Positions 27,375 through 32,000 of a stretch of DNA of 32,000 bases are shown here, in pieces (position 1 is the stretch's first letter; every line of letters starts with the position of its first letter). The translations under genes were made by a program, and so were the position numbers. Below the pieces are notes generated by a model, which was not told the origin of the DNA, did not search any database, and was given only the letters and a program-made list of their open reading frames with translations. Where the stretch lies: NCBI RefSeq assembly GCF_000010065.1, contig NC_006576.1, forward strand, positions 1,980,001 to 2,012,000, in the 5' to 3' direction. This stretch comes from Synechococcus elongatus PCC 6301. GTDB taxonomy: Bacteria; Cyanobacteriota; Cyanobacteriia; Synechococcales; Synechococcaceae.

Positions 27375-27531
27375 TCCAAAATAACTACTTCGTCAACAGT
27401 AACCTGTTGAACTTTTACGGAAGTCAGCGTTTTGCACTTGAGCGGTGTGCAGAGCCACAGAGACCGCTACCCTAGGAAAACGATTACGGCTTTCGTTGTC
27501 GTCCTCTCTGGAACGTTTGGCAATCACAAGA

Positions 27532-28776
27532 ATGGCAGCACCCGCTCGGGCATTTGTCTACCAGGCTTATCAAGCTGCTAATCAGTTGGCACGCACTAAG
27601 CCCCTCGTGCGCAGCCAAGCACTCCAAGCGATTGCCCAAGCCATCGATTCCGCCCGAGACGGCATTCTGGAAGCTAATACGCTGGATTTAGAAGCCTGCC
27701 AAGATAGCGAGATGCCAGACTTGCTGCGGCGCTGGCTGAAGCTGACCCCCGAACGACTCGATCGCACGGTCGAAATTTTGGAACGCCTCAGCGTGCGATC
27801 CGATCCGATTCAGCAGGTGATGCGGGCAAGCTTCCAGCATGAACATAGTCAGGCCTACAGTCAGCTGATGCCCTTGGGTGTCATCGCCTTTGTCTATGAG
27901 GCGCTACCGGAATTGGCGGCGATCGCGACAGGTCTTTGTCTGCGCGTGGGCAATAGCATTCTGCTCAAGGGCGGCACTGAGGCCGTGCATACCAATCAGG
28001 CGATCGTCTCTGTCATGCAAGAGGCGCTGGAGTCGACGGAGCTACCGACGACGAGCTTGATCTCGCTGCCCGAGGATGATCCAGCCACGAGTCTGGCAGC
28101 CCTTGTCACCCAAGATCAGTGGATTGACTTGGTGATTCCCTACGGAAGGCCTGAGTTGGTGCAGCAGGTGGCACGCCTCGCAACATCCCCTGTGCTTCGC
28201 ACCAGCATGGGCAACTGCTACCTCTACTGGGCTAGTGGCGGTGAGCTAGAAACGGTGCGCTGGATGATCTTGGATAGCCATGCCAGTGAACCGGATGCCG
28301 TCAACGCGATCGAAAAAGTGTTGATCGATCGTGATTGCAACCTCAGCAAGCTGACGGTCTTGATGGATAGCCTGCGCAGCAAAGGTTTTAGGCTCAAGGG
28401 CGATGAGGAACTTGTGCAGGAAATGCCGGAGTTGGAACTCGCCCGCCACGAAGATTGGTCCCGCCCCTACCTCAGTCGAACCGTGGCCTTTAAGCTCGTG
28501 CCTGGCATCGAAGCGGCAACCGACTGGATCAATACCCACAGCAGCGGCCATGCCGACAGTATTGTCACCGACTCCTATGAAGATAGTCGTGCTTTCAGCC
28601 GCGAACTGAACAGCGCCATGGTGCATGTCAATGCCTCACCCCGCTTTAGCCGTAGCCCGCGCCACAGTAACGAAATTGCCCTAGGGATGAGCAATCAAAA
28701 GGGCTATCGCCGCGGACGGATCACCCTAGAAACCTTGACGACGATCAAGCAAGTTGTTCTTGGTCTGGGGCAGTAG
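27532..28776 (+). CDS. ProA (gamma-glutamyl phosphate reductase) paralogue lacking the catalytic cysteine; predicted pseudoenzyme
   Basis: Collinear with the canonical ProA in this window: 'LLKGGTEA' vs 'ILKGGREA', 'SSGHADSIVTD' vs '[11 protein letters not shown]'. However '[12 protein letters not shown]' becomes 'DAVNAIEKVLID' (Val codon GTC at 28300-28302). ATG 27532 is preferred to GTG 27445, which would start only 70 nt after the tRNA. Confidence 0.8.
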   Translation: MAAPARAFVYQAYQAANQLARTKPLVRSQALQAIAQAIDSARDGILEANTLDLEACQDSEMPDLLRRWLKLTPERLDRTVEILERLSVRSDPIQQVMRASFQHEHSQAYSQLMPLGVIAFVYEALPELAAIATGLCLRVGNSILLKGGTEAVHTNQAIVSVMQEALESTELPTTSLISLPEDDPATSLAALVTQDQWIDLVIPYGRPELVQQVARLATSPVLRTSMGNCYLYWASGGELETVRWMILDSHASEPDAVNAIEKVLIDRDCNLSKLTVLMDSLRSKGFRLKGDEELVQEMPELELARHEDWSRPYLSRTVAFKLVPGIEAATDWINTHSSGHADSIVTDSYEDSRAFSRELNSAMVHVNASPRFSRSPRHSNEIALGMSNQKGYRRGRITLETLTTIKQVVLGLGQ

Positions 28777-28782
28777 GTCAGC

Positions 28783-29775
28783 ATGGCCAGTGGCTGGACT
28801 CTGTTGGCAGGTTTTGCAGGTGGTTTGACAATCGCCAGCCTTTTTCAAAGTATTCGTGACCTGTCTCAACCGGGGATTAAGGAGACTTCTACGGAAGCAG
28901 CCACAGGACCCGAGTTGCCCCGCACTCCAGCTGCGCTGCCCGACAATGAGCTCAAACAGCGCTTACTCAATTCGGAGTTGCAAGCAGCACTTGCTCAGTT
29001 TCAAGCTGGTTATCTGGCCCGAGCGGCCCACGAACTGCGATCGCCCCTCAGTACGCTGATGAGCTTGAATCAGTTGATTCTGGCGGATCTGTGCGAAAGC
29101 CCTGCTGAAGAACGGGTGGCTGTGCAGCGATCGCAGATAGCCGCAAGACGACTGTTGCAATTACTCGATCAGTTAATTGTTGTCTCCCAATGGCAGAGCG
29201 GTCGGCTACCGTTGCGCTTTGAAGATCTGGCGATCGCCCCAGTGTTGACGCGACTGCAAACGGTGTTGCAACCGATCGCCGCCGGCCGCAATCTTGCCCT
29301 GCATTGGCCGACCGATTGGTCAACCCTGCCGATGGTCAACAGCGATCGCCGAGCGCTAGAGCACTGTCTGCTGCATTGGCTGCAAGCCGCGATCGCTGCG
29401 CCTGGTTGTACGCAGATTCAGCTACGCATCCGAGCAGAGCAGTCGGATTGGTGGGTTGAGATTGACCACGATGGACCGGCTTGGACTGATGTGGCCAACC
29501 TTGAGCAAAGCCTGCAAGGTCAAGGCCTCTCGATCTTGATCGGACAGCAGTTGCTCGACCTGCTGGGAGGGCAGCTAGAATTCAGCACCCCTGAGTCGGG
29601 CTCGGCTCGGCTAAGCCTGCGGCTGCTGGGGCGGTTGGTCCCTGCGATCGCTGCTAGTCGTGGTGCTCCGCTGCTGGTAGCGCAACAGACCGTAGCCGCC
29701 GCCGATCAACAGCAGGAAGAGGGGGCTGTAGGCCACGATCCAAACGCCGGCTACCAACAAACTCCGGATGAGTAG
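28783..29775 (+). CDS. membrane-anchored histidine-kinase-like protein with degenerate ATP-binding boxes
   Basis: N-terminal TM segment (WTLLAGFAGGLTIASLF). The H-box 'AAHELRSPLSTL' is intact. The HATPase region is recognisable ('[23 protein letters not shown]') but the N-box reads 'LLHWLQAAIA' (no Asn) and G1 reads 'IDHDGPAW'. The last ~55 codons overlap the convergent DUF4349 gene. Confidence 0.7.
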   Translation: MASGWTLLAGFAGGLTIASLFQSIRDLSQPGIKETSTEAATGPELPRTPAALPDNELKQRLLNSELQAALAQFQAGYLARAAHELRSPLSTLMSLNQLILADLCESPAEERVAVQRSQIAARRLLQLLDQLIVVSQWQSGRLPLRFEDLAIAPVLTRLQTVLQPIAAGRNLALHWPTDWSTLPMVNSDRRALEHCLLHWLQAAIAAPGCTQIQLRIRAEQSDWWVEIDHDGPAWTDVANLEQSLQGQGLSILIGQQLLDLLGGQLEFSTPESGSARLSLRLLGRLVPAIAASRGAPLLVAQQTVAAADQQQEEGAVGHDPNAGYQQTPDE

Positions 29776-30483
29776 CAAGACTGACTGCGAGGATTGACGC
29801 CAAGCGGTCTCCAGTTCTGGGGCAAAGGCTGGTAGGGCCGTTTCTCCCAGGATTTGCGATTGGAATTGCAGGGTGATCGTTGAATAGGCGACACGAGTGC
29901 GGAGGTTGAGTTGTTCTGCTTTGAGCTGCTCGATTTGTTCCCGCGTGCTGCTCAGTCGCTCGGTCACTTTGAGCACGTCTTCCACCTTAGTAGCGCGATC
30001 GAGAATGCTCTGAAGAGCCCGTTCGGTGCGCTCTAAATTGGTCAGTCGGGCTTGTAAATCTGTGAGCTGTCGGGCGACATCCTCCGCTTGAACATTGACG
30101 GTATCGACCCGCCCGAGAGCCCGAAAGGCGGCGATCGCGGTCTCTAACCGGTCTGCGGGGATCCGCGCCTGCAGGGTGGCACTGGGGGAATCGCCGCTGG
30201 ACTCGGTCTGCTGCAAAATGTCCCCCTGCTCTCGATTCACGATCGCTTGCGCCGACCGTACCGCTGTGGGCACATCTTGAACAGCCAGTTGCATCGTGGC
30301 TGTCTTAGCGAGTTGGGGCCGAGGGGCATTAGCACGGGGAGCCTCAGCTGCTTGATTGGCTGCTGCCTCGGGCACCACACTGGGCGCCGAGGCAGGTGAA
30401 CTACTGGTTTCAGTGCAGCCGCCCAAGAGAGCACTGCCCGTCGCCACTAAGGTAATCAGAGACAAGGAGAGAGAACGCTTCAC
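29611..30483 (-). CDS. DUF4349-domain lipoprotein
   Basis: GTG start. Lipobox 'SALLGGC'. A central coiled-coil region ('DLQARLTNLERTERALQSIL...REQIEQLKAEQLNLRTRVAYSTITLQF') and a C-terminal TM helix give the typical DUF4349 layout, from memory. Confidence 0.7.
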   Translation of the reverse strand: MKRSLSLSLITLVATGSALLGGCTETSSSPASAPSVVPEAAANQAAEAPRANAPRPQLAKTATMQLAVQDVPTAVRSAQAIVNREQGDILQQTESSGDSPSATLQARIPADRLETAIAAFRALGRVDTVNVQAEDVARQLTDLQARLTNLERTERALQSILDRATKVEDVLKVTERLSSTREQIEQLKAEQLNLRTRVAYSTITLQFQSQILGETALPAFAPELETAWRQSSQSVLLLIRSLLVAGVWIVAYSPLFLLLIGGGYGLLRYQQRSTTTSSDRRDQPPQQPQA

Positions 30484-30537
30484 GGCCTAGGGCCTCCCAG
30501 CAATACCCCCAAGCTGCCCTAGGTGAACGACCGCTGG

Positions 30538-31068
30538 CTAAGGGGTCTGTGGCAGTTCTACAACCTCTGCAAGGGCAAGGGCTTCAGCACTGCGATCGCT
30601 GGTCTGACAGGAGACAGGCAGCTCTTGGTTGAACAGAACCATGGTGGTGGTGGAGTTGACCGAAAAGCCGACTTTTTCGTAAAAGCGCTGCTGGTGCGTG
30701 GTCATCAGATAGACCCGTTCCGCATGGCTGACGTGGGGGTGGCTGAGTACCGTCTCGACCAGCTTGCGACCGATGCCGCTCCCTTGAAAGTCTGGATGGA
30801 CGATCACATCCCAAATGGTGGCGCGATAGATGCCATCGGAGGTGGCGCGGGCAAATCCAAGCAGGCGATCGCCAATGTGAGCGCTGACGACCGGCTCACT
30901 ATTGCGAACCGCAATCTGGAGTTGTTCAATGCTGCGATCGCGGCCCCAAAAGGCCGTCAGTTCAAACAGGCGGCGCAGTTGCTCAAAGTCCAAACGTCGG
31001 GCTGCACTGTGACCACCCCGAAACTCCTCTGGAGTATGGATTTGGTACACAACACGGCTGTTGCTCAT
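30538..31068 (-). CDS. GNAT family N-acetyltransferase (ycf52-like)
   Basis: 'LGFARATSDGIYRATIWDVIVHPDFQGSGIGRKLVETVL' has intact motif A (QxxGxG), followed by 'RFYEKVGF'. It resembles cyanobacterial/plastid Ycf52-type GNATs, from memory. Confidence 0.85.
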   Translation of the reverse strand: MSNSRVVYQIHTPEEFRGGHSAARRLDFEQLRRLFELTAFWGRDRSIEQLQIAVRNSEPVVSAHIGDRLLGFARATSDGIYRATIWDVIVHPDFQGSGIGRKLVETVLSHPHVSHAERVYLMTTHQQRFYEKVGFSVNSTTTMVLFNQELPVSCQTSDRSAEALALAEVVELPQTP

Positions 31069-31237
31069 AGTGACGTGACCTCGAAGGGACTGCCGGCAGC
31101 CCCAGAACAGAAAGGGAATCTTAACTATTCCCCAGCATAGAGTCCGTGTCGAGTTTCAGGGCGATCGCTCGGGGCAATCGGCAAGCTGGCTCGGGTGACA
31201 GCGATGAGGTCGCGATCGCCCCTAGACTGGGACTGCA

Positions 31238-31753
31238 ATGATTGCTGTCGCTATGCCTCGGCGTTTTTCTCTGTTGTTGTTTGCGATCGCTTGTACGGTC
31301 TGCTTACTGCTCGGCAGTGGCCTAGAGCGTTTGCAAGCCGCGACCTATGTCCCTGTCGATACAGTTGACCCAATCCAACCGCGCTATGCCTTGGGACAGC
31401 AAGCCTATCGAGAAAGCTGTGGCAGTTGCCATGTGGCGTTGCCGCCGGAAGTCTTGCCAATCCAAACCTGGCAAATTTTGCTGAACGACACGCAGCATTA
31501 CGGCACGATATTACCTGCCATCGATGTGCCGACTCAGCGACTGATCGGGAATTACCTACGGGCTTACACGCGATCGCTCGCGGTCGGTGAAACAGTCCCC
31601 TACCGTCTCCGCAATTCAGTGCTGTTCCGATCGCTTCACCCCCAGGTGAATGTGCCGAGTACAGGACAAATCAATAGTTGCATCAGCTGCCATCCGGCCG
31701 CATCTCAATTTTCCTATCGGCAACTCTCTCCCGAGTGGCAAAGCAGCCGCTGA
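31238..31753 (+). CDS. dihaem cytochrome c (DHC-like), signal-anchored
   Basis: Two CxxCH haem-binding motifs (CGSCH, CISCH) and an N-terminal hydrophobic signal (FSLLLFAIACTVCLLLGSG). 'CHVALPPEVLP..W..LL....HYG' resembles the DHC family. Confidence 0.65.
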   Translation: MIAVAMPRRFSLLLFAIACTVCLLLGSGLERLQAATYVPVDTVDPIQPRYALGQQAYRESCGSCHVALPPEVLPIQTWQILLNDTQHYGTILPAIDVPTQRLIGNYLRAYTRSLAVGETVPYRLRNSVLFRSLHPQVNVPSTGQINSCISCHPAASQFSYRQLSPEWQSSR

Positions 31754-32000
31754 GGGAGTCTTGCTAACACGACAAACCGTTGCTCAAAGCTCTGGAGAAA
31801 ATCTAGGGCTTTTACTTTCGGCCTAGGTTGATTGCCACAAGAAATTGGTTGATTTTTGTTTCTTATTTGTACGCCAACTCAGTTGACGATCCTTCCTTGC
31901 TATCAATCCTTAATAAGTTTTGGAGCTGATAACTCAGGTAGGGATCCGAAAGTATAGTGAGTGGTTGTTTCATCTCACTCGGCTATGAGTTCCTCCATTG

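Noticed and set aside
31863-31973. A 36-aa minus-strand ORF (MKQPLTILSDPYLSYQLQNLL...) and a possible + strand ATG at 31985 (MSSSI...) lie in the AT-rich final 250 bp.
   Set aside because: The minus-strand ORF is too short and has no supporting signals. The + strand ORF is cut by the window edge after 5 codons, so neither can be evaluated.
1-32000. The highly repeated GCGATCGC octamers might indicate a CRISPR array or a mobile-element repeat family.
   Set aside because: The copies are isolated 8-bp palindromes scattered through coding and non-coding DNA. They lack regular spacing, spacers and longer repeat units. This is the known cyanobacterial HIP1 motif, not a CRISPR array or MITE. I saw no transposase, integrase or cas-like ORFs.

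Overview
The window reads as core chromosome of a HIP1-rich cyanobacterium. GC is about 55%, the palindrome GCGATCGC occurs dozens of times, and the gene content (psbZ, ndhS, cyAbrB, a 1053-codon ppc ORF) fits Synechococcus elongatus PCC 7942/6301 or a close relative. This assignment comes from memory of those families, not from a search.

Genes are tightly packed on both strands. In order: CobT-like UPF0284 (cut by the window edge), PotD-like lipoprotein, proA, a small LuxR/PedR-like regulator, hisS, a Pro-rich hypothetical coupled to cutA, rimM, avtA-like aminotransferase, ndhS, a DUF1400 protein, cyAbrB, a secreted hypothetical, cyanobacterial-type gshA, ppc, a GNAT-like ORF, tRNA-Arg(CCG), recF, speH, HU, mutS, a GT39/ArnT-like glycosyltransferase, psbZ-ribH, tRNA-Gly(GCC), a ProA paralogue, a histidine-kinase-like protein, a DUF4349 lipoprotein, a ycf52-like GNAT and a dihaem cytochrome c.

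I found no CRISPR array, transposase, integrase, phage genes, recognisable defence genes or compositional island, so I cannot support a novel multi-gene system here. The points most worth follow-up are:
- A ProA paralogue whose catalytic Cys is replaced by Val, sitting 6 nt upstream of a histidine kinase with degenerate ATP-binding boxes.
- A second enzyme/degenerate-paralogue pair among the GNATs, with the degenerate copy directly after ppc.
- An apparent +1 frameshift splitting the GT39 gene.
- A hypothetical-cutA gene pair with overlapping stop and start codons.
- A tiny prepilin-like ORF pair.
- A 760-bp AT-rich spacer upstream of cyAbrB.
- Repeated GTCAGC half-sites around the PedR-like promoter.

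All functional calls rest on motif recognition by eye and need confirmation by search.
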